Shown here: piece after piece, positions 40,063 through 50,507 of the stretch
Numbering within the stretch: position 1 is the first letter of the stretch
How the letters are laid out: the number at the start of each line of letters is the position of its first letter
Virus record (IMG/VR): IMGVR_UViG_3300018004_000004
Location: 151,396 to 215,395 of that record
Strand: one strand, 5' to 3'
DNA length: 64,000 nt
Notes under the pieces: model-generated
Told to the model about the DNA's origin: nothing
Seen by the model: only the letters and a program-made list of their open reading frames with translations
Database searches by the model: none
Program-made: the position numbers and the translations under genes

Positions 40063-41034
40063 ATGAAGATTACACGCAACTTGACCGTCCCGACCGGCAA
40101 TATTTGCGTGGCCGAGGGAGAAAAGGGACTCTTGGAGTTCCTCTCCCTCGGTGATTATGGCAAAGACGTGAACTTGAACCAGCATAAAGCCGTCAAGCAT
40201 CAGGCTCTTATGCCATTGACGGAGAAGTGGGTGGTGACAATATCCACCCAGTATGGCTGCTCCATGGGATGTAAGTTCTGTGACGTCCCAAAGGTCGGCG
40301 CAGGCAGGAACGCAACGTTCTTTGACCTTACCGGCCAGATCTTGGAAGCTGTACATCTCCATTCTGAGATTACTCAGACCAAGCGTCTGAATGTTCACTT
40401 TGCGTGCATGGGAGAACCAACCTGGAATCCCAACGTGCTTGACTGCGCCAAGTGGCTCCACACGCACATGAATGACGATTACAACATTCATCCTGTGGTA
40501 TCAACCATGATGCCTAAGAGGAATGAGTGGCTGAAGACTTTCATCCATACCTGGATGCGGATCAAGAACCGTTTGTATAACGGTAATGCCGGTCTCCAGA
40601 TAAGCGTGAACTCTACCAATGAGCTGGAGCGCTTGGATATGTTCCGCTGTAATGCGTGCAGTCTCGCCGAGATCGCGCATGTCATGGACGGGATCATTCC
40701 TTTCGGAAGGAAGATAACCTTGAACTTTGCTGTGGCCAACTATGAGATAGACCCAAAGGTCCTTCTCTGCTACTTTGACCCAGCCCTCTACACGATTAAG
40801 CTTACGCCGATGCATAAGACGGAGACAGCTTTAGCTCATGGTATTGAGACAATGGGCGATTATACTGACTTCCATCCTTACCTACATCATGAGGAAGCTT
40901 TGAAGGCGGCCGGCTATGAAGTGCTTACTTTCATTGCTTCGGCCGAGGAAGATCTGGGACGGATTACTTGTGGTAATGCAATCCTCTCAGGCACATTGCC
41001 TTTGACTGAATACCAGGAGACACACTCCAACTGA
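40063..41034 (+). CDS. Radical SAM enzyme, RlmN/Cfr-like
   Basis: ISTQYGCSMGCKFC, MGEP, C-terminal ITCG. Confidence 0.85.
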   Translation: MKITRNLTVPTGNICVAEGEKGLLEFLSLGDYGKDVNLNQHKAVKHQALMPLTEKWVVTISTQYGCSMGCKFCDVPKVGAGRNATFFDLTGQILEAVHLHSEITQTKRLNVHFACMGEPTWNPNVLDCAKWLHTHMNDDYNIHPVVSTMMPKRNEWLKTFIHTWMRIKNRLYNGNAGLQISVNSTNELERLDMFRCNACSLAEIAHVMDGIIPFGRKITLNFAVANYEIDPKVLLCYFDPALYTIKLTPMHKTETALAHGIETMGDYTDFHPYLHHEEALKAAGYEVLTFIASAEEDLGRITCGNAILSGTLPLTEYQETHSN

Positions 41035-41229
41035 AAGGAATAATATGTGGATCACTCGGCTACTGAAGAAGTGGCATGTGCTACATTCCTGGGAGAAGTG
41101 GATCTTTGATCGTAAGGAATACACAGCATACATTTGGACTCCACCTGGGTGTTACACCCACATAACGGAATACTGGCACCGCACTTGTAGTGCCTGTGGT
41201 ACATCGCAGACCAAGACGGTCATCCCACA

Positions 41230-42321
41230 ATGAGCCAAGATCTAAAAGAGATAGGGTTTTATACCCTATCTGATGCTCGAGCTGCGTCTGCATCAGCCAC
41301 GTCGCCTCTCAAACGTTGTGAGCTGATACTTACTGGACGCTGCAACTTCAGGTGTCCTTACTGCCGGCGCATAGGCGGTGAGGACCTAGACTACTATAAA
41401 GCTAAGGACATCATCCGCTTGTGGGCCGATGACAAACTGGAAGCTATTCGGTTCTCTGGCGGCGAGCCTACGCTTTATCCTTACCTGGCCAAGCTATGCC
41501 GTTTCTCTGAACGGTCAGGCATCAAGAAGATTGCTGTGTCTACGAACGGCTCGGCTAAGCCTGAGCTATATCAGCACCTTATCTTGAATGGGGTCAATGA
41601 CTTCTCTGTCTCTCTGGACGCTTGCTGTGCAGAGGATGGAGATAAGATGGCCGGTGGGATAAAAGGATCCTGGGAGCAGGTAGTAGATAACATCTTCTAC
41701 TTGTCCGAGCGGGTCTACACCACCGTAGGTGTAGTACTTACGGAGCAGAATGCTGACAAGATCAATGACATCATCAAGTTTGCTGATGGCCTAGGAGTGT
41801 CAGATATTCGGATCATCCCCGCGGCACAGAACGGCGACAAGTTTAAGACCGTCCAAGTAGACCCAGAGCTACTAGCCAAGTATCCGATCCTAAGGTATCG
41901 GGTCGGTAACTTTCAGTCTGGCTGGTCTGTCCGAGGTTTGGGGGTCACAGATGCTCATCGATGTGGCCTAGTCTTGGATGACATGGCTATTTTGGATGGG
42001 ATGCATTACCCTTGTATCATTTACTTGCGCGAATCTGGGCAGCCAATCGGCAAGGTTGGCCCGGGCATGCGAGAAGAGCGCGAACAGTGGTATAAGAATC
42101 ATGACGTCTACAGAGATCGTATCTGTAACATGAACTGCTTAGACGTCTGCGCTGCTTACAACAGGAAGTTTAGGGAGCTGAATCCTTGCTCGATAGAATC
42201 GAATCTGGTTACTTCGACTGGCTTACGTGGAGAATCGGAACTCCCCTTGACATCTTCGGAGTCAAGTGCAGGACTTACAGCCTCATCGCTAACGCAGATA
42301 AGTTCCGAGCCGCTGCGGTAG
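41230..42321 (+). CDS. Radical SAM enzyme (MoaA-like core, C-terminal Cys cluster)
   Basis: CNFRCPYC, FSGGEP, STNG, SVSLD, C...CLDVC. Confidence 0.88.
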   Translation: MSQDLKEIGFYTLSDARAASASATSPLKRCELILTGRCNFRCPYCRRIGGEDLDYYKAKDIIRLWADDKLEAIRFSGGEPTLYPYLAKLCRFSERSGIKKIAVSTNGSAKPELYQHLILNGVNDFSVSLDACCAEDGDKMAGGIKGSWEQVVDNIFYLSERVYTTVGVVLTEQNADKINDIIKFADGLGVSDIRIIPAAQNGDKFKTVQVDPELLAKYPILRYRVGNFQSGWSVRGLGVTDAHRCGLVLDDMAILDGMHYPCIIYLRESGQPIGKVGPGMREEREQWYKNHDVYRDRICNMNCLDVCAAYNRKFRELNPCSIESNLVTSTGLRGESELPLTSSESSAGLTASSLTQISSEPLR

Positions 42322-42653
42322 GCTGGTGTCCTGGCGATTTAACAGCCTGCCGGCCGAAAGAGGGACATAAGGCCGTCATGTATTTTGTGAATGGTGAACA
42401 CTTCTGGTTCCATCTCAGGGACCATGAGTTCGAAGCGATCTTTGGGAGGATCAATGATCAAGGACAACTTTAACCGTACGATCCGAACCGCGGATAAAAC
42501 GGTGATCAACATCTCCGCGCAGCACGTCGGAGAGTTTCCAGAATGTGAGTTGAGAGCAGGTATATCACCATTCTATTTTCTCTTGACTACAGCACAGGTG
42601 AAGAAACTCATCAAAGCTTTGCAAGCTTATCTAACTTACAGGGAGAAACAGTG

Positions 42654-43937
42654 ATGGATGGTTGGGAAGGGGGCTTTGACGCTCCCGCAGTAAAAAGCAC
42701 GCATCAATGCGAGATCGTAAAGGTGTATCCCAAGGTACACCCGAATGCAGACAGATTGGAGGTCGCAGAAGTAGGTGGCTATTCCGTATGTGTGGGTAAG
42801 GGGGATTTTTGGGACGGTGAACTCGGGATATACATCCCTCCGGATAGTATCGTACCCGCGATCCCGGGGTTCAGCTTTGTGTGGGAAGGTAAAGGCTACA
42901 TTCCCGATTCGATTCCTGCTGGCAGCACGGCGGTTCCTGAAGTACCCCAGAAATACCGCAGAATCAAAGCTAAGACTCTTCGCGGAGTAATCTCCGAAGG
43001 TCTTTTGATTCCTATTCCGCAGACGAAGGACTTCATCGATCAACAAGGTGAGTGCTTCTTCAAAGAAGGAGATGACGTTGCGAAGGTCCTTGGTGTTACC
43101 CACTACGATCCACCGGATACGACGTCGTTGGGCGGCGATACCGAAGCTGCCCCTGGAAAGAGCGGAAAGAAGAGACGTTATCCGAAGTCTCTACGCGGAT
43201 GGTTTCGCTTCTTACTATCGAAAGTGGCTTTTTGGCGGCATCCGGTGGATGCCCAAGAGAGTACGAGCCTGGATATCCCAGACTACGACGTCGACGCCTG
43301 GCAGAAGTTCCGTGGAGCCCTGATAGAAGGCGAAGAAGTATGGATCACCGAGAAGATCCACGGGGCTAATAGCCGATTTGTTTATATAAGAGAAGCTGGT
43401 AGTGCTGCTTACGCTGGTCGTATGTACTGCGGTAGCCACCACCAATGGAAGAAGGAACTTCCTGGTTCTGCTTGGTGGACTTGCCTCAAACAGAACCTCT
43501 GGATCGAGGAGTTCTGTAGGCAATATCCCGGTCATGTTCTATATGGTGAACTGGTTCCTACCCAGAAGCCTTACATGTACGGGCAGAAGGATGGCAAGTA
43601 CCGTTTGTTCGCCTTCGACGTCTTTGATCTTTCTCGGCGTTGCTTTCTGAGCTACTCCGATCTCCTTGATCTGACGTGGTGCCATCTGTACGCGGAAGGC
43701 GAAGACTTCCAAGCGCGCGGCATCTTGAATGAAGTCCACTGGGTACCTACACTCTTTAGAGGGCCGTATGACCCTGGCGCCATGAGGACCTTGGCTGAGG
43801 GAGTTTCCATGGTTCCTCATGCCAGTCACATTCGTGAAGGGATGATCATTAAGCCTCTCACGGAACGTCGCGACAATCGTATGGGTCGCGTGATCATGAA
43901 GCTCAAGTCCGTGAAGTTCCTGGAGAAGGACAAATGA
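42654..43937 (+). CDS. RNA ligase, DRB0094 family
   Basis: N-terminal HPNADRLE...LRGVISEGLL; TEKIHG, LYGE, FAFD, REGMIIKP, K.KS. Confidence 0.9.
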   Translation: MDGWEGGFDAPAVKSTHQCEIVKVYPKVHPNADRLEVAEVGGYSVCVGKGDFWDGELGIYIPPDSIVPAIPGFSFVWEGKGYIPDSIPAGSTAVPEVPQKYRRIKAKTLRGVISEGLLIPIPQTKDFIDQQGECFFKEGDDVAKVLGVTHYDPPDTTSLGGDTEAAPGKSGKKRRYPKSLRGWFRFLLSKVAFWRHPVDAQESTSLDIPDYDVDAWQKFRGALIEGEEVWITEKIHGANSRFVYIREAGSAAYAGRMYCGSHHQWKKELPGSAWWTCLKQNLWIEEFCRQYPGHVLYGELVPTQKPYMYGQKDGKYRLFAFDVFDLSRRCFLSYSDLLDLTWCHLYAEGEDFQARGILNEVHWVPTLFRGPYDPGAMRTLAEGVSMVPHASHIREGMIIKPLTERRDNRMGRVIMKLKSVKFLEKDK

Positions 43938-44534
43938 AGGGACCAGAAGGCCAAGATTTAGCTGATTTGCTCGAAGATGGTAGTGACGAGCATATTCAGG
44001 TACGAAGAATCAAAGAGTACCTCTTGACCGAGGAGCAGAAGAAGCAACTCTATGATGCAAACTACGACCTCTCCGACGTCCTTAATGGACGGACCCTCCC
44101 TGATTTCGAGTCCGCAGTCGAAGCTATGTTCGCCGACTGGAACGCTAAGCTCGGTCGACATATATTCGGCTTTTGACAGAGGGATCTGGTGGGCTTGTGA
44201 TCAGATTGCTAAGACGATCGAGTCAGATCTTCAGGTTAGGGAAAGCCATGGTTGGCCTCTCGATTATAAAACGCTATTTTCCAACACGATGGCGTTTATT
44301 TGCGGACAGAATAATCGAAAACGAGACGGAAGTCAAGTGGCCTCCGCCCAAGTAAGTCAACCATGAAATGGTGGGCTAGGCTTTATCCAGATGGACCTTT
44401 GTGCATAGTTACGCGCAAAACGACATTCGCTACAATCGTTTGTCGTGACGTCCGACGTGTATGGAATAGTGTCGTTCTCGTCTACCGGTCCATTTAACAC
44501 GCTGTTGTAGTAGTACATCCGAAAGGAGAAGTAC

Positions 44535-45836
44535 ATGAAGCGAATGGTATCGCTAGCTATGCTGGCGATTCTCTTGCTTGTTCCTGCGGTCGTTATGGGC
44601 CAGACCTGTGATGCTACAGTGGCCGATGACGCCGGAGGTATTCTCAATACCGCCCAGATGGCTCAGATCGCGAGCGAAGCTGGCTCCTTGATCAATCAGG
44701 GCGCCGATGTGCGAGTTCGCGTCACTGGAACTACCGCCAATCTGGATCAAACTGAGGCCCAGTACGAGCACTCCTGTCCATCGTGGCAGGGTGCAAGTGG
44801 CGGCCGTAAGAACAGTTTGGTCGTATTGATGGTGTCTCCATCCAGTCGTAAGTTGGGCATTTACTATGGGTCAGCATTCAAATATGCCTTCGACGAGCAC
44901 TGGGTCCGCATTAAGTCAGACTACATGGTCCCCAAGTTCCGGGATCATGACTGGACAGGTGGCTTTATTGCCACCGAGCAACAGCTAGCAGCCAGGCTAA
45001 CAGCTGCTAAGGATGAATCAGTTCATCCAGTTGCTGCTACTACAGTAGTCACTGAGCCACCGACTGACTACTCCGGCCTTTGGTCGGCATTCAAATGGGC
45101 ACTCTTGATCCTTGCCTTAGTTCTATTCTGCTACGGCATCTGGGAGTATTACAGCTGGTGTAAACGCCGGCGTGAAGCTGCCAAGGCCGCGCAACAAGCG
45201 GCTTCGATCAGGCGTAATCTTGCCGCTCGGCGTATCAGTCGATTTAAGTCATTCGTAAATGCTTCTAATCAAGCACTTTACGATCGCGCCGTAGATGAGT
45301 TCGGCCGACTGTCGAACTCCGAAAGCACCAATCCTGATACTGATGGGCTTACACCTCAACAGTATTACAACATCGAGCGGCTCTACAAGTCTGTGTGCAA
45401 CGACCTGGATGAGGTAGCTTATCCTACAGGGCAAGAGACAGTAGATGTACCGGCTGGGGTAACTTGCAGTCATCCTTCTGACGAAGCTATGACTGGAGTC
45501 GAATCAGCTGGTGATGCTCCTGTTGATAGCACCACTTATGTCCCGGTGATCATCGATAACTCGCGCGTCAATGAGGCGCCCGAAACCGAACCGTCGACTT
45601 ACAATCCGTTCCTACATGAGACCCCAACGGTCCAGGAGGATCCGGAGCCAAGTCCTGATGATGACAATGGTGGTTCAAGTAGCTTCACTGAATCGTCCGG
45701 CTCGAGTTCGAGCAGTGACGATGGTGGTGGAAGCTCGAGCTGGAGCAGTGAATCCAGCGATTCTGGTGGTTCATCTGACTTTTCCTTCGGCGGCGGAGGA
45801 GATTCAGGTGGTGGTGGAGGAAGCGACAGCTTCTAA
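44535..45836 (+). CDS. TPM-domain (DUF477) membrane protein with Gly/Ser tail
   Basis: Signal peptide, VADDAGGIL, VLMVS...RKLGIYYG, MVPKFR..DW..G, TM helix, GGGGSDSF end. Confidence 0.85.
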   Translation: MKRMVSLAMLAILLLVPAVVMGQTCDATVADDAGGILNTAQMAQIASEAGSLINQGADVRVRVTGTTANLDQTEAQYEHSCPSWQGASGGRKNSLVVLMVSPSSRKLGIYYGSAFKYAFDEHWVRIKSDYMVPKFRDHDWTGGFIATEQQLAARLTAAKDESVHPVAATTVVTEPPTDYSGLWSAFKWALLILALVLFCYGIWEYYSWCKRRREAAKAAQQAASIRRNLAARRISRFKSFVNASNQALYDRAVDEFGRLSNSESTNPDTDGLTPQQYYNIERLYKSVCNDLDEVAYPTGQETVDVPAGVTCSHPSDEAMTGVESAGDAPVDSTTYVPVIIDNSRVNEAPETEPSTYNPFLHETPTVQEDPEPSPDDDNGGSSSFTESSGSSSSSDDGGGSSSWSSESSDSGGSSDFSFGGGGDSGGGGGSDSF

Positions 45837-45844
45837 GGAGAACT

Positions 45845-46516
45845 ATGACCACGTTCATACAAAAGCTGCGCGTAGTAACTTTGGGGACAGCTCACGACTT
45901 GCTCGACAAGGCGATTGATCTGAACTCTCCGAGCGCTCTGCGCCAGTATGTCAGGGATCTTGAAGATGCCCTGGCCAAACTCACGAACGAAGCTGCTGTG
46001 CAAGCCGGGCAGATTCGAACTCTTACTCGCGAACAGGGTGACCTGAGCACGAGGATCTCGACCGACAAGACATTGGCTGCAAAGTATTTGCAGTCCAATC
46101 CTTCGTTGGCGCGCGTCAAGGCTTCTGACGCTGTTATGGCTCAGAAGGAGCTGGATAGTATTAACCAGCAACTTGTTGCGCAGAAAGAACTTAGCAACAA
46201 GCTTGATGCCAGTGTGACTGCGCTTGACGCGAAGCACACCGAAATGCTCTCTAACGTACGTAGGTTAGAGAGTATGGATCGTCAATCCAAGGCTCAAGAA
46301 CAAGCTGCTTCTGCTCTTACCTCGGCCGGCAAGACTCTGGCCGGTGGAGCAGATGTCTCGATCGACAATATCGAGCAGAAGATAGAGGCACGAAATGACG
46401 TTGCCGCGGAGAAGTTTAGCCGCGCAATGGGTTCCTTTGCCTCTCCAGAAGATCCAGAGCACACAGCTGCTGTGGACGAACTGTTGGCGTCGCTCACCCC
46501 TACGCCGGCAGCGTAG
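45845..46516 (+). CDS. PspA/IM30 family protein
   Basis: HDLLDKA...P..LRQYVRDLE, long coiled coil, IEQKIE, VDELLASL. Confidence 0.8.
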   Translation: MTTFIQKLRVVTLGTAHDLLDKAIDLNSPSALRQYVRDLEDALAKLTNEAAVQAGQIRTLTREQGDLSTRISTDKTLAAKYLQSNPSLARVKASDAVMAQKELDSINQQLVAQKELSNKLDASVTALDAKHTEMLSNVRRLESMDRQSKAQEQAASALTSAGKTLAGGADVSIDNIEQKIEARNDVAAEKFSRAMGSFASPEDPEHTAAVDELLASLTPTPAA

Positions 46517-46536
46517 TTAGAACCCCCGACTAAATG

Positions 46537-46566
46537 AAGGGAGGGAGCAATCCCTCCCTTTGTTTT
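46537..46566 (+). terminator. Rho-independent terminator
   Basis: aagggaggga-gcaa-tccctccctt-tgtttt. Confidence 0.8.
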
Positions 46567-47341
46567 GGAGCTTTATGATAAAATGGTGGATGAGACATAT
46601 CAACGGCGGAATCAGATTGTTTGATCGCCGGTGGCGTAAGCACTACAACGCCATTTATTGGAGGAGATCTCTCTAATGTGGAATCCTTTCAGGAAGCCCG
46701 AGACTAAAGATCTTAAGATTACGGCGGAGCCTAAGTATAATCGAGATGCTATTTGCTCTGCTGTATACCGTGTGTTGAATGCCAGGTTGACTCATTATAA
46801 TGACTTGATTATCTGGCTGAGCCACAACTATGACGTAACGTCTTGGGGTCCCAGGCTCGAGCAGAGTCAAAAAGATATTGATGCCATTCGTAGATGGGCT
46901 GAGGCTTTACCACGTACTCCAGTAAGATCAGAGTATCTACACTGGCTTGATTATTACGAGCGCGGGTTGAATGAAGCTTGGAAAGAACTGCGCACTCAGG
47001 ACCACAAGAAGGAAATGGATCATTACGACAGAGAGTCTAGAGAGAAGTATGACGCATCTTTAGACCTCGACATCCCAAAGCCATGAAATGGTGGAGATGG
47101 TGCCGGGCCTCTTGCGGTAAGGGCTTCTATTTGGTTAGCCGCCGCTACCGTCACAATGATTTCTTCGATGTCAAGAGATGGCACTTGATATTCGGGGCAC
47201 ATAAGGATTTCAAGAGGATCGTATGAGTTGGTGGTTCCTCGGACGTGGCGGCGATTGGAGAGGAAGATGTCTCCGTATCTGGCGCCGCAAGTACATTCGA
47301 AAACTCAGGAAGTCATTTCCTGAGAACTACAAAGGATCGAT

Positions 47342-48562
47342 ATGAAACTACCTGAACTGCTCAACACTGAGCTTCTCTGGGAGCATATCCTGAAGGGAGT
47401 AGTCTCCAGGACACAGCACCCTCAGTATCCTGAGCTCTGGGTATATAACTATACTCATGTGGCTCAGCATGACAACGTCTGGGATGACGTAACAGAACAG
47501 TGCCGCGGCTTGATTTGCCGACAGGACTGCGCTACTAGTGATTGGCATATGTGGCTCCTGAATCATCAGGAGGTCATTGCCAGGCCATTCCGTAAGTTCT
47601 TTAATCTGAACACAGGCTTCCGCCCAGAGACTCTCGAAGCTAACCTTCCGTCCTGGAAGCCTCGAGTCCTTGAAAAGCTCGATGGGTCTCTGGGAATCCT
47701 ATTCTGGCATACACACTTCCGAGAGGCTTTCATTGCCACCCGCGGGTCGTTTGCCTCCGAACAAGCTATCTGGGCCACTAAGTGGTACCGAGCTAGGTTT
47801 GGTAACTGGCCTGTTGCTGACTCGGCCAGCTGGCCAAAAGGCTACACGCCTCTCTTTGAAATCATCTACGATGAGAACAGGATTGTGGTGAACTATGACT
47901 ACCAAGCCCTTGTTCTTCTGGGCCTCGTCAACATCGCTACTGGTGCTGAGCTACCGCCTGAGGAAGTGGTTCTCTGGGCAAATAAGAACGGCCTACGAGT
48001 GCCCACTGAATATGCCAAGTCACTTGAGGAATGTAAATCCGAAGAGAGCAAGAATATTGAAGGTTTTGTTCTCCAGTATTGGAATCCCGAAACCAAAGTG
48101 CCCTTTCGGCTCAAGATCAAGACGGAGGATTATATAAGGCTTCACAAGGTGATTACTGGCCTGAATCCTAAAGGAGTATGGGAACATCTCTCTGAAGGAT
48201 ACGACCCGGCAGCTCTTTGGATGCCTGCCCTTCAGAATAAGCAGTTCGTAAGCTGGTGTCAAGGATGGATCAAGACATTCCAGGATCTTTATGCCAAGTA
48301 CGAGAGTGAAGCGATTACTGCGTTTGGCCAGGCATCAATCAAGGCTCTTGCGGGACTGCGGTTGGAAAAGTCCCCTGACGCAAGGCTTGTTCGGAAGCAC
48401 TATGCTCTGGCTTTTCAGGCGGAGGACTCGAAGTATCAGCCCACCTTCTTTGCCATGCTGGACGGCAAGGATTTCAAGAAGTGTCTCTGGGCCTTGTTAG
48501 AACCTAAAATCCAAGGGAAGGATGTGTTCATTCGCGATGCAGACACCAACAACGGAATATAG
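47342..48562 (+). CDS. T4 Rnl1-like RNA ligase
   Basis: YNYT, CRGLI, ARPFRKFFN, EKLDGSL, ATRGSF, FEII, EGFV, KIK. Confidence 0.92.
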   Translation: MKLPELLNTELLWEHILKGVVSRTQHPQYPELWVYNYTHVAQHDNVWDDVTEQCRGLICRQDCATSDWHMWLLNHQEVIARPFRKFFNLNTGFRPETLEANLPSWKPRVLEKLDGSLGILFWHTHFREAFIATRGSFASEQAIWATKWYRARFGNWPVADSASWPKGYTPLFEIIYDENRIVVNYDYQALVLLGLVNIATGAELPPEEVVLWANKNGLRVPTEYAKSLEECKSEESKNIEGFVLQYWNPETKVPFRLKIKTEDYIRLHKVITGLNPKGVWEHLSEGYDPAALWMPALQNKQFVSWCQGWIKTFQDLYAKYESEAITAFGQASIKALAGLRLEKSPDARLVRKHYALAFQAEDSKYQPTFFAMLDGKDFKKCLWALLEPKIQGKDVFIRDADTNNGI

Positions 48563-48751
48563 TCCGATCGTGCAGTGGCGTCTTAACGAGAAGCTCCAGG
48601 GGAGCTACTACGTTAAGTATGGCACTGGAGATATTGCCTGGAAGAAGATTGACACGGATACTGCTCAGATGTTGCTAGCAGTAGGTTGCGTATCTTTGCC
48701 TCCACTTCTGGCCGGGCCGGCATACACAGGCAGAATGGTACAAGTCTACGT

Positions 48752-49459
48752 ATGAGCGACGGTATTGGGATACGGATGAAGGAGCAGTATGAGAATAGGT
48801 CTCTTTGCTTATTGCCGAGACGCACTTATACCATCATCCGTGCCGACGGGAAAGCCTTCCATTCCTATACTCGAAAGCTCAGCCGTCCTTTTGATAGCCT
48901 GCTCATCCAGTGCATGGATCGGGCGGCTATCACGATGTGCGAGAGTATACAAGGGACGAATCTTGGGTATGTACAGTCCGACGAGATATCGCTGATTCTG
49001 ACGGACTTTGCTACCAAAGACACGGCGGCCTGGTATGACAACAACTTACAGAAGATTGTATCTGTCGCGGCCAGCATCGCTACGATGGCTTTTAACGAGA
49101 GGGCCCGAGAGCTTGGGCTTCATCCAACGGCTACGTTTGATGCTCGGGCGTTCGTTATACCCGATCGCGAAGAAGTTATGAACTACTTCGTGTGGCGCCA
49201 GCAAGACGCAACACGAAATAGCATTCAGTCTGTAGCTCAGTCAATGTACTCGCCAAAGGAACTGCATGGCAAGAACTGTGATATGCTACAGGAGATGATC
49301 TTCCAGAAAGGAACGAACTGGAATGACTTGGCGCCCATTCTCAAGCACGGCCGCGCAATCATTAAAACTGAACAGGGCTGGGAAGCCGATAGCAACACCC
49401 CTGTATTTACTCAAGATAGAGCATATCTTGGCCAAAGGATACCAGTTCCCGGGTACTAA
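48752..49459 (+). CDS. Thg1-like tRNA(His) guanylyltransferase / 3'-5' polymerase
   Basis: IRADGKAFH, YVQSDEISL, FDAR, WRQQDATRNS. Confidence 0.93.
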   Translation: MSDGIGIRMKEQYENRSLCLLPRRTYTIIRADGKAFHSYTRKLSRPFDSLLIQCMDRAAITMCESIQGTNLGYVQSDEISLILTDFATKDTAAWYDNNLQKIVSVAASIATMAFNERARELGLHPTATFDARAFVIPDREEVMNYFVWRQQDATRNSIQSVAQSMYSPKELHGKNCDMLQEMIFQKGTNWNDLAPILKHGRAIIKTEQGWEADSNTPVFTQDRAYLGQRIPVPGY

Positions 49460-49516
49460 GAAGAGCAACTGGTTGATCTGGTTGCTCTGTCATGTACCCA
49501 GACGGAGAAGAGATCT

Positions 49517-50074
49517 ATGGCGGTAGTTCCTGTCCGTAAGCCTGTATTCACGCTGCCTGGGGTTGTTCTAAGCAATCCCAAGTATGCTCATAACGTAGCA
49601 TCTGCTATTCGTGCTTGCAGCTGCTTTGGTATTACCACAATGCTCTGGACGGGGAAGCGTGTTGATCCAACTACCATGGATCGTCTTCCCCGTGAAGAGC
49701 GAATGAAGGGGTATAAAGATGTCTACTGGGAGACGAACGAACGCCCATTTGATCTTTTTCCTGACTCGGTCCCAGTCTGCGTTGAGCTTGTGCCACACGC
49801 TGAGAACCTTGCATCATTCGATCATCCGGAGAAAGCTCTTTACGTCTTCGGACCCGAAGACGGGTCAGTCACTCAAGTATTTCGAATGCATTGCCATCGC
49901 TTCATCTTCATTCCTTCTGCGCATTGTCTCAACCTGTCGGCGGCCCTCAATGTGATTCTATACGATCGACGGGTCAAGCGTATTGCTGCGGGACTCGAGA
50001 GTCCCGTTATGGCTGAAATACTCCAGGAAACGCGCGGAGGTAACATCGATGTTCCCGGATGGGACGGGAAATGA
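49517..50074 (+). CDS. SpoU/TrmH-family RNA 2'-O-methyltransferase
   Basis: NPK..HNVASAIRAC..FG, VFGPEDGS, CLNLSAA.NVILYDR. Confidence 0.88.
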   Translation: MAVVPVRKPVFTLPGVVLSNPKYAHNVASAIRACSCFGITTMLWTGKRVDPTTMDRLPREERMKGYKDVYWETNERPFDLFPDSVPVCVELVPHAENLASFDHPEKALYVFGPEDGSVTQVFRMHCHRFIFIPSAHCLNLSAALNVILYDRRVKRIAAGLESPVMAEILQETRGGNIDVPGWDGK

Positions 50075-50507
50075 AGCGACTACCGCCTTATGAGAAGCCT
50101 TATCCTAAATGGACTGTCTGGGAGAAGTTACTAAGTAAGCCCAGGTGGGGATACATTGGACGTCTCTTGCTTCCCAGATATCCAAAGGATCTACGATGAG
50201 TTGGTGGTGTATTTTTGGTTCTTTGGCAGGTGGCCGGCGAATATGTCGTATTCAGCTTCGCAAGAATATTCGCTATTGGCGAGGGAGATGGCCCACACTG
50301 CGGAAGAGTTTCTAGGAGGACGCATGGACGTTGGCAAAGTCAAAGGCGCGATCAATGAGATCTTTGAGAGCCTGAGCATCGAGCAGCTTCTCAAGTTCCG
50401 CGATCGCATGAAGGTAGTACATGCCGAGCAGCTGGCGGCAATCAACGCAACCCTGGCAAAGAAGGGCCACGTTGAACCACACCTGGTGAATGTGCAAGAG
50501 CACAACA

